A stretch of 30,094 nucleotides of DNA from Elusimicrobiota bacterium (GTDB lineage: Bacteria; Elusimicrobiota; UBA8919): contig JBDRIG010000039.1 in assembly GCA_043816185.1 (NCBI GenBank), positions 1-30,094 of the forward strand, read 5' to 3'. The notes beneath the pieces were generated by a model. That model saw only the letters and a list, made by a program, of their open reading frames with translations. It searched no databases and was not told where the DNA came from. Each line of letters begins with the position of its first letter. Position 1 is the first letter of the stretch. Below are positions 8,745 to 18,245 of this stretch, one piece after another. Position numbers and translations under genes: made by a program.

Positions 8745-9689
8745 ATGAAAACAAAACATTTGACCTCAATCTTGGATTTAGAAAAAAAAGACATTCTTGA
8801 GATTTTTAAGATAGCGGAAATCCTAAAATTGAAACAAAAACAAAAGAAAAAATATACCCCATTAACAGGTAAAACGCTTGCAATGATTTTTTCAAAACCG
8901 TCAACAAGAACACGTGTTTCTTTTGAAGCGGGAATGTATCAACTGGGTGGACTCGGACTTTTTTTAAGTAATCAAGAATTGCAACTTCGCCGCGGTGAAA
9001 CTGTCGCCGATACTGCAAAAATACTTTCCAGATATGTTGACGGAATTATGATAAGAACGTTCAATCATAAAGATGTTTTAGATCTTGCCGAACATTCGAC
9101 GATTCCTGTTATCAATGGTTTAACAGATTTAGAACATCCATGTCAGGCATTGGGGGATGTATTTACAATTTTGGAAAAAAAAGTAGAAAAAAGAGGGGAA
9201 AAAATAGAAAATAGAATCAAAAAACTAAAAAATCTAAAATTCGTTTTTATTGGCGACGGAAACAATATCGCAAATTCTTTAATGCTTTTATGTGCCAAAC
9301 TTTCAATGGATTTTACGGTAATTACTCCTTGCGGATATGAACCAAATAAAAATATCTTTCAAAAAGCAAAAGAAATATCCTCCAATATAAAACTTTCGAA
9401 TGACATTTCTGCAATACGTGATACCAACATTATTTATACCGATGTTTGGACTTCAATGGGCAAGGAAAAGGAAAAAGAAAAACGACTCTTAGCTTTTAAG
9501 CCATATCAAGTAAATGACTTATTATTATCAAAAGCAAAACAAGATTGTATTGTTATGCACTGTCTCCCCGCAAAAAGAGGAGAAGAAATTACGAGTGATG
9601 TAATAGACGGTAAAAATTCGGTTGTTTTTGATCAAGCAGAAAATCGTCTTCATATACAAAAAGCAATAATGTTGTTGTTGATGAGATAA
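8745..9689 (+). CDS. argF: Ornithine carbamoyltransferase
   Basis: STRTRVSF, HPCQ, DVWTSMG, HCLP and QAENRLH motifs. Confidence 0.96.
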   Translation: MKTKHLTSILDLEKKDILEIFKIAEILKLKQKQKKKYTPLTGKTLAMIFSKPSTRTRVSFEAGMYQLGGLGLFLSNQELQLRRGETVADTAKILSRYVDGIMIRTFNHKDVLDLAEHSTIPVINGLTDLEHPCQALGDVFTILEKKVEKRGEKIENRIKKLKNLKFVFIGDGNNIANSLMLLCAKLSMDFTVITPCGYEPNKNIFQKAKEISSNIKLSNDISAIRDTNIIYTDVWTSMGKEKEKEKRLLAFKPYQVNDLLLSKAKQDCIVMHCLPAKRGEEITSDVIDGKNSVVFDQAENRLHIQKAIMLLLMR

Positions 9690-9743
9690 AACAAGATAAA
9701 AATAGATAAAAGAAAATCAATAAAGACCGATGAAAAATAAATC

Positions 9744-10478
9744 TTGATTATTATCGGTTTAAATGCTATCAGTTTGAGTCGCTACAAAATAAACTTGCTC
9801 TATAAAATCTACAAAGATCTCTTGAAACATTTTGGCCCACAGGGTTGGTGGCCCATTGGCGGCATTTATAGTCTTTCCAAAAAACATTTAAAAGATGAAG
9901 AAAAATTTGAAATAATGATTGGTGCAATACTCACCCAAAATACCGCATGGAACAATGTTGAAAAAGCACTCTCCAATTTAAGAAAAGCAAACTGCCTCAC
10001 CATTGAAAAAATATCAAAAATAAGTTTAAAAAAACTTCAAGTTTTAATAAAACCGTCGGGATTTTATAGACAAAAAGCCAAACGGCTTAAAAATCTTGCA
10101 AATTCAATTAAGCCAATTGAAAATTTAACACGAGAATATCTTTTGTCGTTAAATGGTGTTGGTCCTGAGACAGCAGATTCGATTATGCTGTATGCTCTCG
10201 GAAAGACATATTTTGTAATTGATGCCTATACAAAACGTTTGGTAAATCGCCTTGGTATTTTTAACAGTAATAAATACGAGGAACTTCGGAAGTTTTTTGA
10301 AAAAAATATTCCAAAAGATGTAGAAATTTACAAAGAATATCACGCTTTAGTTGTGACTCTTGCAAAAAATTTCTGCAAAAAAAAACCCGAATGTATGGAT
10401 TGTCCGATAGCAAGTTTTTGCAAAAATAGAGGGAGGAAGAATGAAATACGCGGTAATTTTTGTAACGGCAGCAAATAA
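9744..10478 (+). CDS. Endonuclease III-related HhH-GPD DNA glycosylase (true start probably somewhat downstream of 9744)
   Basis: GPQGWWP, GAILTQNTAW, LNGVGPETADSI and VIDAYT motifs; C-terminal C-x5-C-x2-C-x5-C Fe-S motif. Confidence 0.88.
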   Translation: MIIIGLNAISLSRYKINLLYKIYKDLLKHFGPQGWWPIGGIYSLSKKHLKDEEKFEIMIGAILTQNTAWNNVEKALSNLRKANCLTIEKISKISLKKLQVLIKPSGFYRQKAKRLKNLANSIKPIENLTREYLLSLNGVGPETADSIMLYALGKTYFVIDAYTKRLVNRLGIFNSNKYEELRKFFEKNIPKDVEIYKEYHALVVTLAKNFCKKKPECMDCPIASFCKNRGRKNEIRGNFCNGSK

Positions 10479-10755
10479 AAAGGAGGCAAAAAAAATTGCT
10501 GAATGTGTTGTAAATGAACGGTTGGTTGCTTGTGCCAATATTGTTAAAAAAATTGAATCAATCTATTGGTGGCAAGGAAAAATTGAAAAATCTCAAGAGG
10601 TACTTTTGATAATGAAAACTCATCTACGACAAGCCAAAAAACTGATAAAAAAAATAAAATCGCTTCATTCGTATACTGTTCCAGAAATAATTTTTTTACC
10701 AATAATCGACGGCAATCGTGATTATCTTAAATGGATTGAAAAAGAAACGAAATGA
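10441..10755 (+). CDS. cutA: Divalent-cation tolerance protein CutA
   Basis: LVACANI, SIYWWQGKIE, HSYTVPEII and YLKWI motifs; GGGAGG RBS. Confidence 0.95.
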   Translation: MKYAVIFVTAANKKEAKKIAECVVNERLVACANIVKKIESIYWWQGKIEKSQEVLLIMKTHLRQAKKLIKKIKSLHSYTVPEIIFLPIIDGNRDYLKWIEKETK

Positions 10756-10807
10756 ACCCAACCTTTTTGCACAGAAGGATGGATGTTGAGATAAAAATTA
10801 GAAAAAA

Positions 10808-10977
10808 GGGTCGTTCGGGAGTTGCTTCGCGGAAACGCCTCGCCTTTGAGGGCGGGCTCTCACTCGCACCGCTAAAAGTCATAAGGTGAAGGTCGCTCGG
10901 GAATAAGTTTCTTTGAGACGCTCGTCAGAACTCGCTCTGCAATTAGAATAAAGTGAAAGGTATTAAAGGTCGCTCGC
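10808..10977. repeat. Tandem modules of the modular structured repeat family
   Basis: 10822-10890 is identical to 13-81. 10894-10944 is identical (51 bp) to 29959-30009. A third GGTCGCTCG start occurs at ~10968. Confidence 0.9.
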
Positions 10978-11063
10978 AAGACGTATCTTGTGAATCATAT
11001 TTCGTATTTCGTTTTTTTGTTTCTCGCTTCTTGCATCTTACTTCTTGCTTCCAATAATACATC

Positions 11064-11113
11064 GTACGAATAAATTCTGTCTACAACAAGCGCAGGGTAA
11101 ATCCTGCGACTAC
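11064..11113 (-). repeat. Two GTAG-type REP hairpins on the minus strand
   Basis: Reverse complements are GTAGACAGAATTTATTCGTAC and GTAGTCGCAGGATTTACCCTGCG. Confidence 0.65.
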
Positions 11114-11163
11114 CAAGTTTTATTCATATCCCATTGTTTGTATTTCGTACCCACAACATATTT

Positions 11164-12265
11164 ATGTTACCTGAATTAAAAGAAAAAACAAGAAAATTAT
11201 TACAAAAGGCCGACGATATTGGGAGGTACCTTTGAAGTAGAAAAAAAACTTAAAAAAATTTCTGAAATTGAAAAAACTATATCTCTTTCGAATTTTTGGG
11301 ACAATCCTGCCGAAGCACAAAAAACAATGCAGCTTCTCAGTCTACTAAAATCACAAATCACAAAATATCAAAATATAAAAAATGAACTCTCTGAAACATC
11401 GGAACTACTTTCTATATTAGAAATGGAAAACGATGAATCGATGCATTCCGATATTGAAAAAGCTCTTGAAAAAATAGAGGAAGAAATCTCGGAAATGGAT
11501 CTACAGTTAAAACTTTCTGGTGAGTTTGATAAAAACAGTGCAATTGTTTCCATTCATTCTGGTGCTGGTGGAACTGAAGCGTGTGACTGGGCAGATATGC
11601 TTTTACGACTATATTTGCGGTGGGCTGAAAGAAAAAATTTTAAAACAGAAGTTGTAGATTCACTTGCTGGCGACGAAGCAGGGATAAAATCAATAACATT
11701 TATCGTCAATGGCGAATACGCATATGGCTATCTAAAAGCAGAAATAGGTGTCCATCGTCTTGTCAGAATTTCTCCGTTTGACGCTAATAAAAGAAGACAC
11801 ACGTCATTTGCATCCGTCGATGTAATTCCTGAAATTGAAGACGATATTAAGATTGAGATTAAAGAAGAGGATATAAGAGTTGACACTTATCGTGCAGGTG
11901 GACATGGTGGGCAGTATCTCCAAAAAACGGATTCTGCAGTTCGCATTACTCATAACCCATCGGGTATAGTGGTGCAATCACAAAACGAACGTTCACAATT
12001 AAAAAATAAAAATACCGCTATGAAATTATTAAAAGCGAAACTTTACGAGCTTGAGCAGGAAAAAAAGCGGGCGAAGGTTGAAAAACATTACGACGAAAAA
12101 GGTTCAATTGCGTGGGGTAGTCAAATAAGGAGTTATGTTTTTATGCCATATCAATTGGTAAAAGACCATAGGACTGGTTTTGAAACAGGGAATGTCCAAA
12201 AAGTTATGGACGGCGAAATTGATAAATTTATTCACACATATCTGTCTCAAAAAAAACAGAACTAA
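11164..12265 (+). CDS. prfB: Peptide chain release factor 2, translated through a programmed +1 frameshift
   Basis: The ORF from ATG 11164 (MLPELKEK...GRYL) ends at CTT TGA 11230-11235. The +1 frame carries the SPF and GGQ motifs. Confidence 0.96.
11221..11236 (+). promoter_or_regulatory. prfB +1 ribosomal frameshift cassette
   Basis: GGGAGG internal Shine-Dalgarno, TAC spacer, then CTT TGA A. Confidence 0.92.
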
Positions 12266-12321
12266 GAGTTATTTTGTAATTTACAGTTGGTAATTGATAA
12301 CTTAATGGCGTAAGGTTTAGA

Positions 12322-12350
12322 TTGACAAATTTAAAAAAATGTGTTACACT
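12322..12350 (+). promoter_or_regulatory. Putative sigma70 promoter of the LysM/TPR/NlpC cluster
   Basis: TTGACA-N17-TACACT with an extended TG. Confidence 0.65.
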
Positions 12351-12447
12351 TCGCCAAGAGTTAGGACGCTATTCTCATACCATTTTTCTTTATAGCAGAC
12401 ATAGTTTTAGTGTCCATATTAAACACAATACGACGGAGGTATATTAT

Positions 12448-13338
12448 ATGAAAAAGATTTTTATTTTAGTGGTTAGCTTTGCAGTAGGGCTTGGATTAGG
12501 TTTTTCAAAGGAACAGTTAAGGGTTTATACAGTTGTAAAAGGTGATACTTTGAGCCAAATTGCTCAAAAATTTTACAATAAACCGTTGCAATGGGGAAAG
12601 ATTCATTCTTGCAACAAGTTTATTAAAGACTCACATTGGATTTTTCCTGGTGACGAATTGGTTATTCCTGTTGATGTCTTAGAAAAAGAAGAAGTAGCGG
12701 AAAAGAAATCAGGGGAAGAAAGTGAAAAAATAGTGGAAAAGAAATTAGAAGAAGAGAAAGCAATAGAAAAAGAATTGAAGGAAGAAATAACAGAAAAAGA
12801 ATTAGAAAAAGAGGAAGTAGTAGAAAAGGAATTAGAGAAAGAAAATGAAAAAATAGTGGAAAAAAAATCAGAAGAGAAAATAATGGAAAAGGAATTAGAA
12901 GAAGACGATGAAATAACAGAAAAAGAATTAGAAAAAGAGGAAGTAAGTTCTGCTACTCCTGTTCATAGTGCTGTCATAGCGAAGAAAGAATCAGAAAAAA
13001 AGGTTGAAGAGAATGCTGTGATTACAAGTGAAGATTGGGAGTTTGACGGTTATATTTCTAGTGAAAAAGATAGAAAAATAATTATTGGTCAAGGTGATAT
13101 TGTGTTTTTGGATTTAGGAAAAGAGCAGAATGTAAAACCATTTGATAAGTATACCATATACAGAAATGACAGAAAAATTATTCATCCTAAAACTGATGAA
13201 AGTCTTGGAGATCTGGTGAGAAAAATTGGCGTGCTTGAAATTTCAACAGATATTCAGAACAATACTTGTACCGCTAAAATTATTATGTCACGAGAACCAA
13301 TTTTGGTCGGTGACATGATAAAAAAGCAGCCACAATAA
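12448..13338 (+). CDS. Secreted LysM peptidoglycan-binding protein with a Glu/Lys-rich repetitive linker
   Basis: ATG 12448 follows GGAGG; signal peptide MKKIFILVV; LysM YTVVKGDTLSQIAQKFY...WIFPGDELVIP; EKELE-type repeats at ~12680-12945. Confidence 0.88.
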   Translation: MKKIFILVVSFAVGLGLGFSKEQLRVYTVVKGDTLSQIAQKFYNKPLQWGKIHSCNKFIKDSHWIFPGDELVIPVDVLEKEEVAEKKSGEESEKIVEKKLEEEKAIEKELKEEITEKELEKEEVVEKELEKENEKIVEKKSEEKIMEKELEEDDEITEKELEKEEVSSATPVHSAVIAKKESEKKVEENAVITSEDWEFDGYISSEKDRKIIIGQGDIVFLDLGKEQNVKPFDKYTIYRNDRKIIHPKTDESLGDLVRKIGVLEISTDIQNNTCTAKIIMSREPILVGDMIKKQPQ

Positions 13339-13362
13339 AGTCGAATAAAAGGTGAGATTAAA

Positions 13363-13746
13363 ATGAGAGGATTTGTAATTTTTGTTCTTATAACTATTGC
13401 TGTTTTTTATTGGGCGAATAATTTTGTAATAACAGGAAAATTTCAAAGATTTATTGATAATAATTCAGATAAATCGTGGGCATTAAGTATTGAATATAAT
13501 CTTGGAGCAATTTATCAGTTAGCATTAAAGTACGATAAAGCCGAATTTTATTACAATAAGATATTGGAAAAACCAACTTTGTCTAAATTTACTGTTGATA
13601 CAATGTATAATTTAAGTATAGTTTATGAGGAGACAAAAAGATTTGATCTTGCGAAAGAAACCTGCAATAAAATTATTGAAGAATACCCTGATTACAAGGG
13701 TATAGGAAAAATTAAGAAACGACTTAATTATATGATGTGTTATTGA
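13363..13746 (+). CDS. Membrane-anchored tetratricopeptide repeat protein
   Basis: N-terminal hydrophobic helix; YNLGAIY...KAEFYYNKIL and YNLSIVY...IIEEYP TPR patterns. Confidence 0.75.
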   Translation: MRGFVIFVLITIAVFYWANNFVITGKFQRFIDNNSDKSWALSIEYNLGAIYQLALKYDKAEFYYNKILEKPTLSKFTVDTMYNLSIVYEETKRFDLAKETCNKIIEEYPDYKGIGKIKKRLNYMMCY

Positions 13747-13801
13747 ATATAGATCACACTGATGAAATACACAAAATTACACCGATATACACCGATAAAA
13801 T

Positions 13802-14518
13802 ATGGTCAAATTATTTTTACTTCTTACCACCTACTCGTTACTTCTTAATTATCTTTATTGTGAACATTTTATACAGGTAGGTGTTTTTAGACATAAAGAA
13901 GAGGCGGTAACCCAACAATTATATCTTGCTAGCCGCAATTACCATGTTATATTGGATATCGCACTTTGTTACAGGGTTATTGTAGGACCATATAAAGACG
14001 AAGAAACCGCAAATTTTATAGTGGCAAAATTATTATCTGAAGAAAATATGTCTGCCAGTTTAATAGATAAAATGGATATGGAAAAAAGTGTTTCTTCTGA
14101 AAATGTTTCGCCTAATGAAGGTGAAGTTGAGATTTTGGACGAAGTGCTTGGCAAACTTGTAGTCGTAGCATTTGATTTTTTAGGTGTTAAGTACAAATAC
14201 GGTGGTATGAATGTTGAAAAAGGAATTGACTGCTCCTATTTTATGCAAATAGTTTATAAATCATTGGGGGTTGTTTTACCGAGAACATCTAATTTGCAAT
14301 TCAGAATAGGTAAGAAAGTAGAAAGAGATGAACTTGCGATCGGTGACCTTGTATTTTTCAGAAAATATCCAAAGAGTTCCAGGATAAATCATGTTGGGTT
14401 GTATATTGGCAATGAAGAATTTATTCATGCATCTTTGAATGCTAAAAAAGTTACAATAAGTTCTCTTAGTGAGATATATTTCAAAAAAAGATTTTCCGGT
14501 GCTCGTCGTCCTTTGTAA
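13802..14518 (+). CDS. SPOR-domain NlpC/P60 (C40) cell-wall peptidase
   Basis: IQVGVF...YRVIVGPY (SPOR-like); GIDCS, LPRTS, GDLVFF, NHVGLY and FIHAS catalytic motifs. Confidence 0.9.
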   Translation: MVKLFLLLTTYSLLLNYLYCEHFIQVGVFRHKEEAVTQQLYLASRNYHVILDIALCYRVIVGPYKDEETANFIVAKLLSEENMSASLIDKMDMEKSVSSENVSPNEGEVEILDEVLGKLVVVAFDFLGVKYKYGGMNVEKGIDCSYFMQIVYKSLGVVLPRTSNLQFRIGKKVERDELAIGDLVFFRKYPKSSRINHVGLYIGNEEFIHASLNAKKVTISSLSEIYFKKRFSGARRPL

Positions 14519-14987
14519 TAATGATTAGCACAAATGATATATAAAAAATATTTTGCCGAATTTTTATATGGGAATTTAAAATAAAGGAAGTTTCGTTTAT
14601 CTGGGAGATTGTCGGGGAGATATGGCATGTATGGTATTTTGAAGTCGGTATCTGTTTGTAAAGATGGTTTTGGTGGTTTTGACGGGAAGGGTTCTGGCCG
14701 TGTTGTTCTGCTCTATTCAACCGTGCAACCCTGAAGAATCTTCTATTATTTTTCTCTCTCTTTCTTTTTTTTCTGCTATACCTTCGACAATAAAATATCA
14801 GGGGGGTGTGCTGAAAGAAAAATTGGTGTTGGTTATTTGTTGACTAACTGTTAGTTACCTGTTAGCTAACGATACGTTCTGTGATAGTATATAGAACATA
14901 TGCAAACAAAACTACACAAGAATGTCAAGACAACATTAGTATTGAGATCTGAGATTGGAAGATGCAAGAGATTATCGGCGGAGGATT

Positions 14988-15509
14988 ATGTTAAAGAAAA
15001 AAGTTATTTCAATTATCGGCTTAGTGTTTATTGTTGGGATTGTTGTTGCAGTTGTTACGAGTAGCGATTTTCTTGTAATGCTTGGTAAGGTGGTTGGTAT
15101 TACATCAAAGTCAATCGGTGACGATTATGCACTCCAACAATCGATAGAGCCAATAGGTGCTGAAAAAATGACGAGTGAAGATTATGAATTACGTAGTGAT
15201 ATAGGTAGTGATATAAATTCTAAGATTGAAAACGATCTGACGAAAGTATATTGTTACCCTAGTCCATATAAACCGTCATTAGGGCATACAGAAATAAAGT
15301 TTTCACATTTAACGAGTTATACAAATTTAAGAGTATTTAATATTGCAGGTGAACTTGTTTATAGAGACGAGCAGGATACATCTAACGGTGAACTTTCTTG
15401 GGCTGTAGTCAATAATAATGGTAATAAATTAGCATCAGGTGTTTATATTTATCTGATAACAGATAATGATGGACACAAAGCAAAAGGAAAATTTGCAGTA
15501 ATTAAATAG
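14988..15509 (+). CDS. Small exported protein with a C-terminal FlgD-Ig / T9SS-sorting-like domain
   Basis: ATG 14988 follows GGAGG; signal or TM segment; YPSPY...VFNIAGELV...W...GNKLASGVYIYLI...GKFAVIK. Confidence 0.75.
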   Translation: MLKKKVISIIGLVFIVGIVVAVVTSSDFLVMLGKVVGITSKSIGDDYALQQSIEPIGAEKMTSEDYELRSDIGSDINSKIENDLTKVYCYPSPYKPSLGHTEIKFSHLTSYTNLRVFNIAGELVYRDEQDTSNGELSWAVVNNNGNKLASGVYIYLITDNDGHKAKGKFAVIK

Positions 15510-15526
15510 TTTACGAACGACGAAAT

Positions 15527-15549
15527 GTAGGCATGGTCTGTGACCGTGT
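15527..15549 (+). repeat. GTAG-type REP hairpin (variant stem)
   Basis: GTAGG CATGGTC TGT GACCGTG. Confidence 0.55.
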
Positions 15550-15557
15550 AACTAATC

Positions 15558-15816
15558 GAGATTGCTTCGCTTCTCGCAATCAGACTGTGCCGTAATTCAT
15601 CTTTTACCATCTAGTGTTGGATTGCAGTACCATATTTTACCATCAGTCGCTATCTTCTATAAAAATGCAACTTTTTAGCTCATTGCGACACAGTCTCAAT
15701 GACAACCAAAGCCGTCGTTGCAACGAGTCGTCATTGTGACACAGTCTGATTGCGAGGCTTTCGAAGGAAGCCGTGGCAATCTCTGTGTTGACTTCGGACT
15801 TCGCCCACGCAATGAC
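15558..15816. repeat. Palindromic GAGATTGCTTCG...CTCGCAATGAC / GTCATTGCGAG...CGTGGCAATCTC repeat, interrupted by insertions
   Basis: Both arms are restored once the inserts are removed; a related GAGATTGCTTCGCT occurs at ~29930. Confidence 0.75.
15581..15697. mobile_element. 117-bp MITE with terminal inverted repeats and an AAT target-site duplication
   Basis: CAGACTGTGCCGTAAT...ATTGCGACACAGTCTC flanked by AAT (15578-15580 and 15698-15700). Removing it restores CTCGCAATGAC. Confidence 0.75.
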
Positions 15817-15925
15817 TTTTCTCATCTCCCTTCTTTTCATTTTTCTGCCCCTCATCTCTTGTTTTTCGTTTTTTTGTCTCTCACATCCCCACTTATCACA
15901 AATTAAAAAAAATAAAAAAAAACGC

Positions 15926-15970
15926 TTGACAAATTTTCATTTTTTATTATAGTATAGTTAGTTGATAGAC
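15926..15970 (+). promoter_or_regulatory. Putative sigma70 promoter of the Rrf2/sulfur operon with a possible overlapping Rrf2 operator
   Basis: TTGACA-N16-TATAGT preceded by an A-tract (UP-like). The downstream TATAGTTAGTTGATAGAC is only a candidate operator. Confidence 0.55.
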
Positions 15971-16067
15971 AAAATAAGGAACACGGAACAAAAATAAAAA
16001 GTTTAGTGTCAATTCTGTGCTCTCTGTGTTTTTTTTTCTCTGAGTTCCTGCATAGGAATTTGGAAAA

Positions 16068-16169
16068 GCAGGGCTGAAGCCCTGCCCTACAATTTGTAGG
16101 GCAAACCTTTAGGTTTGCGTAATTGTGAATCTTCAGGTTTGCTTATAGTTAGCAATGCTTTAGGTTTGC
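16068..16169. repeat. Cluster of GTAG-REPs of the same family as the RAYT flanks
   Basis: Minus-strand GTAGGGCAGGGCTTCAGCCCTGC (16068-16090), GTAGGGCAAACCTTTAGGTTTGC (16096-16118), and degenerate copies at 16125-16142 and 16152-16169. Confidence 0.85.
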
Positions 16170-16194
16170 GTAACTTGTCTGCGGTAAGGTTTTT

Positions 16195-16698
16195 ATGAGA
16201 ATAACTTTTAAAGGCGATTATGCATTAAAAATTTTATTAGACCTGTCTCTAAATTATCCAGATAAAAAAGTCGGAATAAATTCCGTGGAGTTTGTCTCAT
16301 TAGGCAGTAAATATTCAATAGGATTGGTTCAGATTAAAGATATTTCAAAAAGGCAGGATATTCCTGTCAAATATCTTGAACAGATTATTTTGATATTGAA
16401 AGGTGCTGGATATGTCAGAAGCAAACGGGGACCTGTTGGCGGTGTCTATCTTGCAAAGCCACCGGAAAAAATAAAAGTTGGGGAAATTGTTCGGCTGATG
16501 GAGGGCTCAACTTCTCCTATAACCTGTGTTAGCAGGACGGAACCGTCAAAATGTAATTTTATCAGGCGATGTCCGTTTGTAGAAATGTGGACAGAAATAC
16601 GGGATTTGACAAACAAAATTATTGACGGTACCACCTTTGCAGATATTTCGGAAAAAGTAAAATCAACGTCGATAAAATCGACGGACTATTCAATATAA
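16195..16698 (+). CDS. Rrf2 family transcriptional regulator (CymR/IscR-like, three Cys) with an in-frame insertion
   Basis: KGDYAL, IPVKYLEQI, VRSKRGPVGGVYLAKPP and C-x8-C-x5-C motifs; heads the met/cys genes. Confidence 0.92.
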   Translation: MRITFKGDYALKILLDLSLNYPDKKVGINSVEFVSLGSKYSIGLVQIKDISKRQDIPVKYLEQIILILKGAGYVRSKRGPVGGVYLAKPPEKIKVGEIVRLMEGSTSPITCVSRTEPSKCNFIRRCPFVEMWTEIRDLTNKIIDGTTFADISEKVKSTSIKSTDYSI

Positions 16699-16796
16699 TA
16701 AAGGCAGAGAATGGTGGATATGTAATAGTGGATGGTGGACAAAAATGGCGAGTAATGAACGAAAAAAGCGAATTATAAATAATTTAATATTCATAA

Positions 16797-18140
<1,344 letters not shown>

Positions 18141-18159
18141 TAAAAACAGAGGTAGAGAT

Positions 18160-18210
18160 GTAGCGGCGAATGTGAATTCGCTAAAATCGTTGATTTACAT
18201 CAACTGCTAT
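18160..18210. repeat. Inverted pair of degenerate GTAGC-type REPs
   Basis: GTAGC GGCGAAT GTGA ATTCGCT, and on the minus strand ATAGCA GTTGAT GTAA ATCAAC. Confidence 0.6.
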
Positions 18211-18245
18211 GTTTACCTTCTACCATGTGTTATTGGAGGTAACTC

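Noticed and set aside
11219..11235. TTG start for prfB, or a prfB pseudogene
   Set aside because: Explained by the programmed +1 frameshift from the ATG at 11164.
14519..14950. Possible ncRNA, transposase remnant or small minus-strand ORFs in the long intergenic region
   Set aside because: No recognisable RNA motif or protein signature; the proline-rich minus-strand fragment and short palindromes are too weak to call without a database search.
15643..15906. ORFs 15643-15855 (-) and 15718-15906 (+)
   Set aside because: They run through palindromic repeat, MITE and low-complexity DNA and show no protein features.
15960..16194. SAM riboswitch or T-box leader ahead of the met/cys operon
   Set aside because: No S-box core or T-box motif was found; the hairpins are explained by REPs.
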